Shown here: positions 1 through 9,651 of the stretch, piece after piece
Position numbering within the stretch: position 1 is the first letter of the stretch
How the letters are laid out: the number at the start of each line of letters is the position of its first letter
Notes under the pieces: generated by a model
The model's database searches: none
What the model saw: the letters and a program-made list of their open reading frames with translations, nothing else
What the model was told of the DNA's origin: nothing
Source: an uncultured archaeon
Lineage (GTDB): Archaea > Asgardarchaeota > Thorarchaeia > Thorarchaeales > Thorarchaeaceae
Assembly (NCBI GenBank): GCA_964648855.1
Contig: CAZYLT010000001.1
Location: forward strand, 120,001-152,000
Length of the DNA: 32,000 nt
Reading direction: 5' to 3'
Translations under genes and position numbers: made by a program

Positions 1-2
1 GG

Positions 3-296
3 GGTTTGCAGAAGAGGTATGAAAACGTTGCCGTAGGTGAGAGTGATGAAAGATTCAATTTCGCACTCATCCGGGCATTAGAACTCGGCAGCATGCTGGA
101 TTTGGCAGAAGCGATTGCGTTGGGAGCGCTAAGACGAACAGAGAGCAGAGGGGCACATTGGAGAGTAGATTATCCAGAGAGAAATGACAGTGAATTTCTA
201 AAGCATACGATTGTGAAAAGAAGAAAGGGCGAGCTGGAACTGGACTATTCCGACGTTAATCTGGGCCAATTTGAAGTGAAGGAGAGGACATATTGA
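3..296 (+). CDS. sdhA: Succinate dehydrogenase/fumarate reductase flavoprotein subunit, C-terminal part (5' end outside window)
   Basis: Contains ALRRTESRGAHWRVDYPERND...KHT and terminal ERTY, typical of the SdhA/FrdA C-terminus. Overlaps the start of the Fe-S subunit gene. Confidence 0.92.
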   Translation, partial: GLQKRYENVAVGESDERFNFALIRALELGSMLDLAEAIALGALRRTESRGAHWRVDYPERNDSEFLKHTIVKRRKGELELDYSDVNLGQFEVKERTY

Positions 297-1042
297 TGCT
301 GTTGAGAATAGGAAGAAGCCGAGAAGGTGGAGATATCACTCATTACGACTTGTATAAGGTGCAAGATAGGCCTGGCATGACAGTCCTTGACGCTCTCTTC
401 CAAATTCAAGACAAAATGGACCCGTCTCTTGCATTTCGATACTCCTGTAGAGGAGCTGTCTGTGGTAGTTGTGCTATGCTAATCGATAAAGAACCCCGAC
501 TGGCGTGCAAGACACAGATTTCGAGAGTAAAGGAACTCAATCAAAGACTGACTGATTTTCCTGCTCTGACAAGCCATCCAAAAGGCTGGAATCCAGACGA
601 AGAAATTCTTGTTGAACCGCTTCCAAACTTCCCTATTCTAAAGGACCTTGTCGTTAATCTGACGAAGTTCTACGATGCCCTCGAGAAAATGAAACTATGG
701 GCGACACCAGCCAAGGGAGAAGAACCCAGAATGCAGATGCCTTCTGAGCGGAAGGAGATTGAGAGATATCTTCAGTGTATAGTATGTGCTCTTTGTTTTG
801 GCTCATGTCCAGTGAATGCAGAAGAGGAGGAGTATCTTGGTCCCGCAGCCTTGGCAAAGGCATGGAGATTTGCTGAGGATACCAGAAACCGCAATAGAGA
901 ACGCTATATCGATGCAGCAGCCAGCAATAATGGGGCAGCAATGTGCGAGCTCATTATGAACTGCGTAAGGGCATGCCCAAAGGGCGTTGCACCGGGTGGA
1001 GCAATCAGGAAAATAAAGAAAGAACTTGGACAGATAGATTAG
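293..1042 (+). CDS. sdhB: Succinate dehydrogenase/fumarate reductase iron-sulfur subunit
   Basis: SCRGAVCGSC...LAC (2Fe-2S), CIVCALCFGSCP (4Fe-4S), YLGPAAL, CELIMNCVRACP (3Fe-4S). Confidence 0.95.
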   Translation: MMLLRIGRSREGGDITHYDLYKVQDRPGMTVLDALFQIQDKMDPSLAFRYSCRGAVCGSCAMLIDKEPRLACKTQISRVKELNQRLTDFPALTSHPKGWNPDEEILVEPLPNFPILKDLVVNLTKFYDALEKMKLWATPAKGEEPRMQMPSERKEIERYLQCIVCALCFGSCPVNAEEEEYLGPAALAKAWRFAEDTRNRNRERYIDAAASNNGAAMCELIMNCVRACPKGVAPGGAIRKIKKELGQID

Positions 1043-1053
1043 CTATTCCAAGG

Positions 1054-1542
1054 TCAATTCTCAATTGTATCCTTTGCTCTGCGGAGAGTCAAAGCGACCT
1101 GCCCGGCATGATGTACAGTATGGAATCCGGTCATAACGCGCATGATTGTTTCGATGGTTCCTTTCCTCAGTCGCGCTGGAGGCGGCAGCGTTGTAGTTTC
1201 ATCAATCCATTCATCTTCTAGAGAGTTGCATAATTGGCTGAACATATTATATGCAGAATTGATGTAGAAGACTAGCCGTTCATAGGCATTGGCATTGGGT
1301 GGCGCTCCAGGCTCCTCGAGCTCAATTCCATAATCCTCTGCTACCTTTGAACAGACAACTGAAACCGTCCATGAAACATGTTCAACGATTTCAGATACTG
1401 ACCTTCCTCCATCAGGAGGGTTCCAATTCAGAAGGTGAATTTCTTCATTCAATTGTGATAATAACCAGTTGCGCGCGCCCAGACCGAAGCGAAGCAAATT
1501 GCCTCTCTTTCCGTCGAGATGGTTTTCTTCTGACAAATTCAT
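1054..1542 (-). CDS. DinB/YfiT-family putative metalloprotein
   Basis: W-P..GGRSVSEIVEHV and HTVHHAGQ His motifs. ATG at 1542 is preceded by AGGAGGT. Confidence 0.8.
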   Translation of the reverse strand: MNLSEENHLDGKRGNLLRFGLGARNWLLSQLNEEIHLLNWNPPDGGRSVSEIVEHVSWTVSVVCSKVAEDYGIELEEPGAPPNANAYERLVFYINSAYNMFSQLCNSLEDEWIDETTTLPPPARLRKGTIETIMRVMTGFHTVHHAGQVALTLRRAKDTIEN

Positions 1543-1592
1543 ACCTCCTTGCACATATACATGACCACAACAAGTTGAGTGTTTTTCTGTTT

Positions 1593-2873
1593 CTATTCAG
1601 GCGTTCTCCCCTTTGATGGATTCTCAAATGGCTTGAGAGAATCAGAATGCGCCAGTTTGATTACTTCCTCAAGGCTTTGGTCGGTATCAGGATAATCAAG
1701 AATTGTCACCAGCTCTCCCATTAGCAAACCGAAGGGTCCAGCGCCCATTTCTTTGGTCACCAGCATATCTGTACCGTGTTCTATGATTAATTCTGCAGTC
1801 TTAATGCCTCGTTTTGAGTCAGCTGAAAGCCCAGGATTTTCAATAGCGACAGGATTTTCCAATTTCTCATCGGAAACATCAATAAAGAGGATATAGGGTG
1901 CCCGGGCAAAATGAGGGCTTACCGACGATGAAAGACCATTATCTTCCGTAACCGGTACAGCAATTTTGCTTGCAACTTGACTTGCTGGATCCACATGTAT
2001 CGTCATAGACTCAAGCTCAGGTTCCGCCTCACAAACTCGCTCATCAACAAGATTCGAGATTCTATGTGCATGCTCTAGCGGAAGATCTTTTCTAACGGTG
2101 ATATGCATCTCACCAAATAGAACAGCTCCAGCCCGTCTTAATCTAACATCATGAACGTCAATAACCCCATCCACGTCACATGCTGTTTCAATAATTCGTT
2201 TCAGAGATTCGGGGTCCGTTGCTGCATCCATCAAATAGATTATTGCGTCTTTTGCTAAAGTGAGGCCCTCCCTAAGGATGTAGCCTCCAATGACAATCGC
2301 AACGATGATTTCAACCTGGGCAAATCCAAGCGATGAAAAAAGTATCCCTGCAAATACGATTATTCCTGCCCAAACATCAGCCAAGGAGTGTTTGCTATCA
2401 GCAATAAGAGCCCGACTGCCTATTTCCTCTCCTACTCTTAACTTATACCGTCCAATTGCGAAATATATCACTGCGGATGCGGCGGCGGCTCCCAATGGTA
2501 ATAGTGCTTGTTCAATGGGCTCCGGGTTGAAAATGGAAAGGGCTGACTCCCAAATAATTCCCAGGCCAGTCAAAGACACCATGACTGCAACAGTCAGTGA
2601 TGCCAGAGTTTCAGCACGATAATATCCAAACGGAAATTTTTCATTCGGGTCACGATTGGCGAGTTTTAAACCAGACCATACTAGCGCGGATGCAAATATA
2701 TCAGCAAGTGAGTTGATTGCGTCTGCTTGTAGAGCAACACTTCTGTAGACTAGCCCGACCGAACCCTTTAGAATTGCAAGGAATATCATGGAAATAGCTG
2801 AAACCAAAGCAAGGGTTCTGCCTTTGTCAAATTCAGATGCTGGACGTTGTCTTCCCCCTTTCTGGGTCCCCAT
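1593..2873 (-). CDS. Cation diffusion facilitator (CDF) transporter fused to a C-terminal NifB/NifX-like (FeMo-cofactor-binding family) domain
   Basis: SVALQADAINSLAD, FPFGYYRAE, ALIADSKHSLAD, cytoplasmic domain ending IHVDP, then KIAVP...SPHFARAPY...ENP...MGAGP. Confidence 0.92.
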   Translation of the reverse strand: MGTQKGGRQRPASEFDKGRTLALVSAISMIFLAILKGSVGLVYRSVALQADAINSLADIFASALVWSGLKLANRDPNEKFPFGYYRAETLASLTVAVMVSLTGLGIIWESALSIFNPEPIEQALLPLGAAAASAVIYFAIGRYKLRVGEEIGSRALIADSKHSLADVWAGIIVFAGILFSSLGFAQVEIIVAIVIGGYILREGLTLAKDAIIYLMDAATDPESLKRIIETACDVDGVIDVHDVRLRRAGAVLFGEMHITVRKDLPLEHAHRISNLVDERVCEAEPELESMTIHVDPASQVASKIAVPVTEDNGLSSSVSPHFARAPYILFIDVSDEKLENPVAIENPGLSADSKRGIKTAELIIEHGTDMLVTKEMGAGPFGLLMGELVTILDYPDTDQSLEEVIKLAHSDSLKPFENPSKGRTPE

Positions 2874-2959
2874 TGCAATCGAGTATTCGAAGAATATCCT
2901 CCTAGTTGAATGTTGCCATGCTTACAGCAACAAGACGGTTTTATTTCAGGACTAAAATG

Positions 2960-4018
2960 TCATAATTCAGTTATATGGAATTCCCATTGCGAGCTTTCTT
3001 TTCCATCACTTCCACGCAGACCACCAAGTTGCTTTTTGGCTATATCAAGTGCATGTTCAGAGATATCGCAAACAACCCAACGACGGTTCAGTAGTTCAGC
3101 GGCTGCTGCGGTAGTACCTGAGCCAACAAAAAAATCAGCAACGATATCGCCCTCGTTGCTAGAACTCTCAATCACCCGCTCTACTAGTGCACGAGGTTTC
3201 TGAGTTGTAAACCCGCTGTATTCTCGCGACGACCCTTGTATTGGAGGGATATCAAGCCACAGGTCCGAAACGGGAATACCTTCAACATCAGACAGGTATT
3301 GTTTCTTTGAATAACGCCCATTTCGACTTTCATAGATAATGCCTTCAGCCCACCATTTGTCTAACGTTTCTTTTCTGTAAAGATACGGAGCCTTTCTTCC
3401 TCTCCATTCGAATTGTTTTCTGTTCTCCGTTCGCTGAATTCCATGTGCCTCGATCTCAATTAGGCGAAACTTACCCCGTTCATCCTCATAGCTATAAGGA
3501 CGAAGGGCTCGTTTATCATGGGGGCGATATATTGTCTTTGTCTGAAATTCTTGCGCATTGTTGGCATAGAGAAGAATCACATCATGTTGAGAACCAAATC
3601 CATGGCTTTGTACCTTCGGGCTATTTGTCCGCTTCCAGATGATTTGATTCACAAAATTCTCGTATCCAAAGATTCTATCAAGCATAACCTTAGCGTAATG
3701 CATTACATGTGAATCGAGATGGAGCCAAAACGAACCGTCTTCAGTCAGTAAAGGCCTCATGGCTTTAATGCGTTCTTGCATGAAAGACAGATACTCTTCC
3801 AACCCCCCTTCCCATACATCAGAGTACGAGTCATACTCAGTAAGGGGTGCAGCATTTTTTCTGCCTGCTACCCCTTTTTTCTTTATCGTATAATCTTGTC
3901 CCGAGAAGAACGGTGGATCAATATAGATTGTTTTGATTCCTGATTCCAGTTCGGCGCCAAGACTTTCGATGGCCTTAAGGCAATCTCCTAAGAATATCTT
4001 GTTCTTCCACGAGGACAT
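2960..4018 (-). CDS. Site-specific DNA methyltransferase (N6-adenine/N4-cytosine, beta class)
   Basis: IYIDPPF (motif IV) precedes TQKPRAL and DFFVGSGTT (motif I). Likely start is ATG 4018 (MSSWKNKIFLGDCL). Confidence 0.92.
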   Translation of the reverse strand: MSSWKNKIFLGDCLKAIESLGAELESGIKTIYIDPPFFSGQDYTIKKKGVAGRKNAAPLTEYDSYSDVWEGGLEEYLSFMQERIKAMRPLLTEDGSFWLHLDSHVMHYAKVMLDRIFGYENFVNQIIWKRTNSPKVQSHGFGSQHDVILLYANNAQEFQTKTIYRPHDKRALRPYSYEDERGKFRLIEIEAHGIQRTENRKQFEWRGRKAPYLYRKETLDKWWAEGIIYESRNGRYSKKQYLSDVEGIPVSDLWLDIPPIQGSSREYSGFTTQKPRALVERVIESSSNEGDIVADFFVGSGTTAAAAELLNRRWVVCDISEHALDIAKKQLGGLRGSDGKESSQWEFHITEL

Positions 4019-4137
4019 AATCAGTATGATTGATACAATCCTTATCACTCCTTACATTATCCAATCATCCATTGGAATTATCCGACACCAATATTAGACA
4101 CGATATGACCTAGAGAATCGCTCGGAGGATTAAGTAA

Positions 4138-6843
4138 TTGCAGAAGTACCAAGTGTCGATTGTTGCAATGATTCTTTCCATCCTTGTGTTACCAGGTGCT
4201 GTAATGGCACTTGTGGTGGTAGGACCAATCTCACCCCAACAGGCTCCAAATCCAGTCCAAGTTGCAATAGTAGGTAGTGCCAACGGAAAGTCAGTCATCG
4301 ACTCGCTTGAACTTGATAAGTCATCGATTTTTCTAGTTTCAGCTGATAGCATATTCGATGCCATTTCGGCAGGGCCCGACGCAATTATCCTAATTGATTC
4401 ACCCATTGGAGCTGGCGACCTTACGATATTGAGCCCGTATGTTGATGGAGGAGGTGGTCTTCTTATTCTCCCAGGAGCTGAAATGACCGCCAATGGCAAT
4501 GGGTTCTCCCAACTCTCAATAACAGAATCAAATAACCTCCAGGCAAGTCAAGATAATGCGGGTATCGTCACAAGAATGTTGGAAGTGGAACATCCATTAT
4601 TGACCATTGATTGGTCATCTGCCCCGACATCTGAGAAAATCACCATTCTACCCGAGCTATCCGATTCGTCTGCGGTTCTCCTTGCAAATGATACGGGCTT
4701 CGGTACAGCTGGGGCACCATTACTTGTACATACCGAGCTTGGTTCTGGAAATATATTGGTATATACGCCTTGGTTGACGGTGAATGAAACCGCTGATGTA
4801 GAGCAAACAAACTACGAACTGATTTTATGGCCCTACTTCAATTACTTTCTGTATTCATCATCTGTGTATCTTGGTGGAGAAGCCCCTTATACATACGCGG
4901 AATGGAAGTATTCGCCCGTCCCGCATTACGAGCAACAGCTAATCATCGGAATGATAGTGCTAGTAATAGGCATTACGACGGTGTCATCGTATAGGACCAT
5001 GAGAAAGCGGTCAAAGAGAAGGAAAGAGGTCCTTACTGAAATCGAAAAGGCAGAACTCCTAGTTGAAACCACTGAAGAAGTTGATGAATGGGAAGAAATT
5101 GGCATGCATAGGCAACTTGGTGGATTTCTGATACAGCTATTCGTCACATTACTGATAATCATTCCAAGAGTTGTGCTCTCAATTATGATTTATCCCAGGT
5201 TCGTTATGCCATTCCCACAAGCAGCAGGCTGGTTCTCTTTCAGTGTTAACCTATTCCTTGGCCTTTGGGTGCTATTTGACTTAGGCACCAGTGTAGCTCT
5301 TGCGAAGTACTTCGCAGAGTACAGGGTATCGCAGCCAGAGGAGGCAGTGAAGTATGCTCAGATTTTCGTATGGTTTCAATGCCTTACGGGAATGGTCCAA
5401 ATCACATTAGTTGCATTTGTTGGGTCTATCGTATTCCCTCATACTTACCTAGCTCATTTGTCTTACGTATTCATAGCCCATTCTCTGTTCCAATTTCCAG
5501 GCTTCACACTTCTTTTTATTCATGTCTTCAGGGGTATGAACAGGATAGACCTCCAGCAAATAACGAGCATTCTCTATTTTGCGGTGTTCAATGTCATAGG
5601 TCCGTATCTCATGATACTGGTCTTCCGTTGGTGGGGGAGTCAGAATCCAATATTTGGAGAAGCATTAGGAGGAGCAATAGGACAAGCAGTTGGGTCATAT
5701 CTAACTGAATGGATGACATTCGGAGTGTCGCTTTATCTCTTCAAGAGGCTCGGTTTTAGCGCTGGTACGTTGTTCCGAGTCGATTTTGATAGGAAGCAAA
5801 TCAAGAAGGCACTGAAATTTGGTGCTAAATGGACGGTCGGGGCGGCAACAGTGCCCCTTGTATGGTTCTTTCAAATGATTCTGGTGAGCACTAATCTGTT
5901 GAATTGGTCAGCCCTTCAGGGACAATATCAGCTCGCATGGGACCTTGCAATAATGGTTTCTGTAGTCGGACTATTCATGGAGGGAATGCTTGGAGGCATC
6001 TCTGAGGCATACTCTCATGCAAAAGAAAAATTGACAGAACTGTATACGGCACAGGGTTTGAAGTATGGAGCGTTCTTTGTATTCTGGCTCATCTCAGTAT
6101 TAGCTGCAATAGGTCCACGCGCAATCTTGGGTGCAGCAGGTGAAAACTGGGCATATGCGGCGCACCTACTATGGTTCTTTTTGCTATTCCAACTCATGGG
6201 CTTCTGGAGCTGGCTTGGCGATTGGATGTTTGCTGGAGCTGAGAGAACCGGACTTGCTGCTGCAGTGTGGGTTTTGGAACAATCTGTACGGGCAATAGGA
6301 ATGGCTTATTTTGTGATTGCTGAACCAATCATTTTTGGTGTGTATTTAGGGGGAATGCCTGGTATCATAATTGGCTATTGCATTGGTCTCTTTGTGAAAG
6401 ATATCGTTGCATGGATCATAATTAGGCGCAAAATTGCAGCTCCAAAATTCTACACATGGCAAAGCTATGTTGGCCCAGCCCTCGCAGCGGTAGTCAACTA
6501 CGCCATTCTTGAAATTCTATCAAGGCTAATATGGGGAGGAGTTAATGATATTGTCACCTCAGCAATACTCTTCTTCATAGGGACATTGCCATCATTGTAC
6601 ATCTATTCATTCATAAGTGGTATAACAGGGACATGGGATGAGAGAACGCTTTCTGAGTTTAAGCGAGCTTCTGAGATGGTAAAGGCAAGAGGACTTGGAT
6701 GGTTATCACGACGGTTCTACGGATCAATAGCCCTCGGTGCAGGCATATCTCCACTCCACGATAGATATCCGATAGACATCTATGACGAGGCAATGGCTGA
6801 AGCTAAAGAACTCACAAAAGAAAAGAAAGAGCTTGTCATCTAG
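4138..6843 (+). CDS. Large membrane protein: N-terminal extracytoplasmic GATase-like domain plus MOP-superfamily (Wzx/MurJ-like) flippase domain
   Basis: Signal-like N-terminus, YVDGGGGLLIL/GSGNI motifs and one TM helix, then many TM helices including LFDLGTSVALAKYFAEY, typical of polysaccharide flippases. Confidence 0.65.
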   Translation: MQKYQVSIVAMILSILVLPGAVMALVVVGPISPQQAPNPVQVAIVGSANGKSVIDSLELDKSSIFLVSADSIFDAISAGPDAIILIDSPIGAGDLTILSPYVDGGGGLLILPGAEMTANGNGFSQLSITESNNLQASQDNAGIVTRMLEVEHPLLTIDWSSAPTSEKITILPELSDSSAVLLANDTGFGTAGAPLLVHTELGSGNILVYTPWLTVNETADVEQTNYELILWPYFNYFLYSSSVYLGGEAPYTYAEWKYSPVPHYEQQLIIGMIVLVIGITTVSSYRTMRKRSKRRKEVLTEIEKAELLVETTEEVDEWEEIGMHRQLGGFLIQLFVTLLIIIPRVVLSIMIYPRFVMPFPQAAGWFSFSVNLFLGLWVLFDLGTSVALAKYFAEYRVSQPEEAVKYAQIFVWFQCLTGMVQITLVAFVGSIVFPHTYLAHLSYVFIAHSLFQFPGFTLLFIHVFRGMNRIDLQQITSILYFAVFNVIGPYLMILVFRWWGSQNPIFGEALGGAIGQAVGSYLTEWMTFGVSLYLFKRLGFSAGTLFRVDFDRKQIKKALKFGAKWTVGAATVPLVWFFQMILVSTNLLNWSALQGQYQLAWDLAIMVSVVGLFMEGMLGGISEAYSHAKEKLTELYTAQGLKYGAFFVFWLISVLAAIGPRAILGAAGENWAYAAHLLWFFLLFQLMGFWSWLGDWMFAGAERTGLAAAVWVLEQSVRAIGMAYFVIAEPIIFGVYLGGMPGIIIGYCIGLFVKDIVAWIIIRRKIAAPKFYTWQSYVGPALAAVVNYAILEILSRLIWGGVNDIVTSAILFFIGTLPSLYIYSFISGITGTWDERTLSEFKRASEMVKARGLGWLSRRFYGSIALGAGISPLHDRYPIDIYDEAMAEAKELTKEKKELVI

Positions 6844-6937
6844 AAGAAAACGAGTGGTGAATTGGGTTGGAATGCATCTGACCAGGACCCAGATGCTTCA
6901 GTGCAAGTAAATAGAAACTAGTATGCTTGATTGAGAT

Positions 6938-7186
6938 TCAGAACTCCATATCATCGAGGACTTCTTCGCCTGTTTGAGTGATTTCTGCCTCTTTTTCTGC
7001 AATTTCTTGCTTAACCAAACGGACCAGATAACCGGCAATCCTGTTCCTGACAGTCTTTGTTTGGACATCAGTGTACTGTTCGACGAGTCGTTTGTTTGTT
7101 TCAAAATCGTCGGTAAAGTCGTCAGGATAGTACTGCATCAATCGCCGTGCTGCAGCCTTAATGTAGGTAGGTCTAATACTTCCCAA
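6938..7186 (-). CDS. rps17e: 30S ribosomal protein eS17
   Basis: MGSIRPTYIK...FTDDFETNK...TKTVRNRIAGYL. TTG start preceded by GGTGG. Confidence 0.96.
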   Translation of the reverse strand: MGSIRPTYIKAAARRLMQYYPDDFTDDFETNKRLVEQYTDVQTKTVRNRIAGYLVRLVKQEIAEKEAEITQTGEEVLDDMEF

Positions 7187-7236
7187 TTGTTATCCACCAT
7201 CAAATCTGTTCGGTTTTGTGGAGCGGCTCGACTGCG

Positions 7237-7244
7237 TTTATAAA
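7237..7244. promoter_or_regulatory. Palindromic TATA-box candidate (TTTATAAA) between divergent rps17e and lig
   Basis: The only TATA-like element in the 95-bp intergenic region, and it is self-complementary. Confidence 0.5.
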
Positions 7245-7281
7245 GCATGTGGTTACTCCGTCTTCGAGTGGTGTTCATAAG

Positions 7282-9045
7282 GTGCTCTATACGCAACTAG
7301 CAGAAGCATATGACGCTATCGAGTCAGTTTCATCCTCTTTGGAGAAGATTGACATTTACTCGACGCTTCTAACCGAAGCAACCGAAAATGAAATTGAGAG
7401 AATCATCCCGCTCACAATCGGGAAACTTCATCCAGACTGGCAAGGTCGCCCTGAGATTGGAATAGCTGAAAAAATGGCGATTCAGGTTATCGCCCAAGCG
7501 GCTTCTTCAACACAATCGACTGTGAAAAATAGGCTAAGAAAGATTGGAGATGTTGGATCAGTTGCAGAAGAGCTTCTGCAATCAGGAAGTCAAATGACAC
7601 TTGCACCAGAAGAGCTTACTGTCATGGGCGTGTATACCACGCTGGATGAGATTGCAAAGGAGAGTGGCACCGGCAGCACCAGAGAAAAAATGTCTAGATT
7701 GATTGGATTGCTTTCTAATGCCGAACCGCTTGAGGCAAGATACATTGTAAGGACAATCACCGGCGCCCTTCGATTGGGGTTAAGCGAGATGGGCATTCTC
7801 GACGCACTTGCTTTGGCTTTCACTGGCAGTCGTGAAGCCAGACCAGATATAGAAAGGGCATTCAATATGTGCAGCGACTTGGCCCGTGTGGCTAGGATAC
7901 TAAGCTCCGAGGGTTTGACCGGAGTTAGAAAATTAGGGCCTGAAGTTGGAGTACCGATTAGGATGATGGCTGCAAAAAAACTCACCACAGCCAAAGAGAT
8001 ACTGGAGAAGGCAGGCGGAAAAGCCCTCGTTGAAGTCAAATATGACGGGGAACGAATCCAAGCGCATATGAAAGGCGATCAAATTGTCTTGTTCTCAAGA
8101 CGGCAAGAGGAAATAACGCATCAGTACCCAGATGTTGTGGAATATATCAGAGAAGGAATTACAGCCGATTCTTGCATACTTGAGGGTGAATGCATAGCCA
8201 TTGACCCATCTACTGGAACAACTCGTCCATTTCAGGAGCTGATGAGACGCAGGAGAAAAACGGATATTGAGGAAATGAGCGAGGAAATACCTGTCGCGTT
8301 CAAAGCCTTCGACCTATTGTTATTGAACCATGAGGATTTGACCAATAAAGCAATGATAGAACGTCGTAATCTTTTGGAGAGCATTACAGTTTCTAATGAA
8401 AACATGTCACTAACGGAGGGCAAGGTAACAGATGATGCCAGAGAGCTGCGGACTCTCTTTGAAAATTCATTGAAGTCGGGAAATGAAGGAGTAATTGCAA
8501 AGGCGGTTCATGATAATGCAGTCTATCAAGCTGGTTCTCGATCATGGCTTTGGATTAAGTTGAAGCCATCATATACAGATACATTCACGGACTCGGTAGA
8601 CTTGGTTGTAGTAGGCGCACTACATGGGAGAGGAAAGAGAACAGGAGTGTATGGGACTATTGTAGCTTCAGTCTATGACGAAGAAAGTGATACCTTTCCC
8701 ACTGTGTGTAAGATAGGAACCGGTTTTACAGACGAAATGCTGGATGAATTTAAGCAGCGTCTTGATGCATTGGTACTTGAGAGACGTAGTCCGAGAGTTC
8801 TAGCGGATGTTGAAGCGGACATTTGGTTTGAGCCCAAGGAGGTGATAGAGGTGATTGGTGATGAGATAACTCTCAGTCCAATTCATCTTGCTGGAAAGGA
8901 TAGGATGAGAGGGGGAGGATTGGCCATACGATTCCCACGCTTTACTGGTAGATGGAGAAATGACAAATCACCCAGTCAGGCAACTACCGTAGACGACCTC
9001 ATAGAATTATTCAGGTCCCAACATGCTAGACAGACTCATGAGTAA
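7282..9045 (+). CDS. lig: ATP-dependent DNA ligase
   Basis: EVKYDGER (motif I), ILEGE, AFDLL, EGVIAK, WIKLK, DLVVVG, IRFPRF. Probable GTG start at 7282 (MLYTQLAEAY) rather than 7216. Confidence 0.97.
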   Translation: MLYTQLAEAYDAIESVSSSLEKIDIYSTLLTEATENEIERIIPLTIGKLHPDWQGRPEIGIAEKMAIQVIAQAASSTQSTVKNRLRKIGDVGSVAEELLQSGSQMTLAPEELTVMGVYTTLDEIAKESGTGSTREKMSRLIGLLSNAEPLEARYIVRTITGALRLGLSEMGILDALALAFTGSREARPDIERAFNMCSDLARVARILSSEGLTGVRKLGPEVGVPIRMMAAKKLTTAKEILEKAGGKALVEVKYDGERIQAHMKGDQIVLFSRRQEEITHQYPDVVEYIREGITADSCILEGECIAIDPSTGTTRPFQELMRRRRKTDIEEMSEEIPVAFKAFDLLLLNHEDLTNKAMIERRNLLESITVSNENMSLTEGKVTDDARELRTLFENSLKSGNEGVIAKAVHDNAVYQAGSRSWLWIKLKPSYTDTFTDSVDLVVVGALHGRGKRTGVYGTIVASVYDEESDTFPTVCKIGTGFTDEMLDEFKQRLDALVLERRSPRVLADVEADIWFEPKEVIEVIGDEITLSPIHLAGKDRMRGGGLAIRFPRFTGRWRNDKSPSQATTVDDLIELFRSQHARQTHE

Positions 9046-9095
9046 AACACAAATTTGAAGGTGTCTTGTTCTGGTAACATAAGACGTGATGTTGG

Positions 9096-9554
9096 ATGCA
9101 TAGCATTCGTGTAGATGATAGGAAATTAAAATTCAGTGCGGCACATTTTGTGAAAGGAACTGATTACTGCGAGAGCCTTCATGGACATAACTACCAAGTA
9201 TCTATCACTGTAAGCGGAGAGTTGGATGCTCTTGGGATGGTTCTCGATTTCAGAATTGTAAAAAAGCAGATTGAAGAAGTCTGCGATACTCTGGACCATA
9301 TGATACTGCTGCCCGGAAACTCGGATGTGATAAGAATTTCCTCTGGAACTGATGAAACAGAAGTGAATATCGATGAGAAGCGGTATATCTTTCCTTCAGA
9401 AGACTGTTTGATTCTCCCAGTTGAGGCGACTACTGCTGAATTACTTGCAGAACATATAGCGTCACGCCTAGAAATACCAAACAACTATCAAACCACAATA
9501 TGTGTCAGCGAGAGCGAAGGAAGCAGCGGATGTTTCGAATCCAAGCCTAGGTGA
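9096..9554 (+). CDS. queD: 6-carboxytetrahydropterin/6-pyruvoyl-tetrahydropterin synthase (QueD/PTPS family)
   Basis: FSAAHF, CESLHGHNY, GMVLDF, LDH, TTAELLA, VSES. Confidence 0.88.
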   Translation: MHSIRVDDRKLKFSAAHFVKGTDYCESLHGHNYQVSITVSGELDALGMVLDFRIVKKQIEEVCDTLDHMILLPGNSDVIRISSGTDETEVNIDEKRYIFPSEDCLILPVEATTAELLAEHIASRLEIPNNYQTTICVSESEGSSGCFESKPR

Positions 9555-9651
9555 AACCAAACCCGATATCGTAAACCTAAAAGGTGATTCATTCACCGCC
9601 ACTCAACAGCAGACGACACGTTTTCGTGAACGAAGCAGGAGATAACTGAAA

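Noticed and set aside
7216-7281. TTG start at 7216 for the ligase
   Set aside because: It spans the TATA box. Homology begins at MLYTQLAE (GTG 7282).
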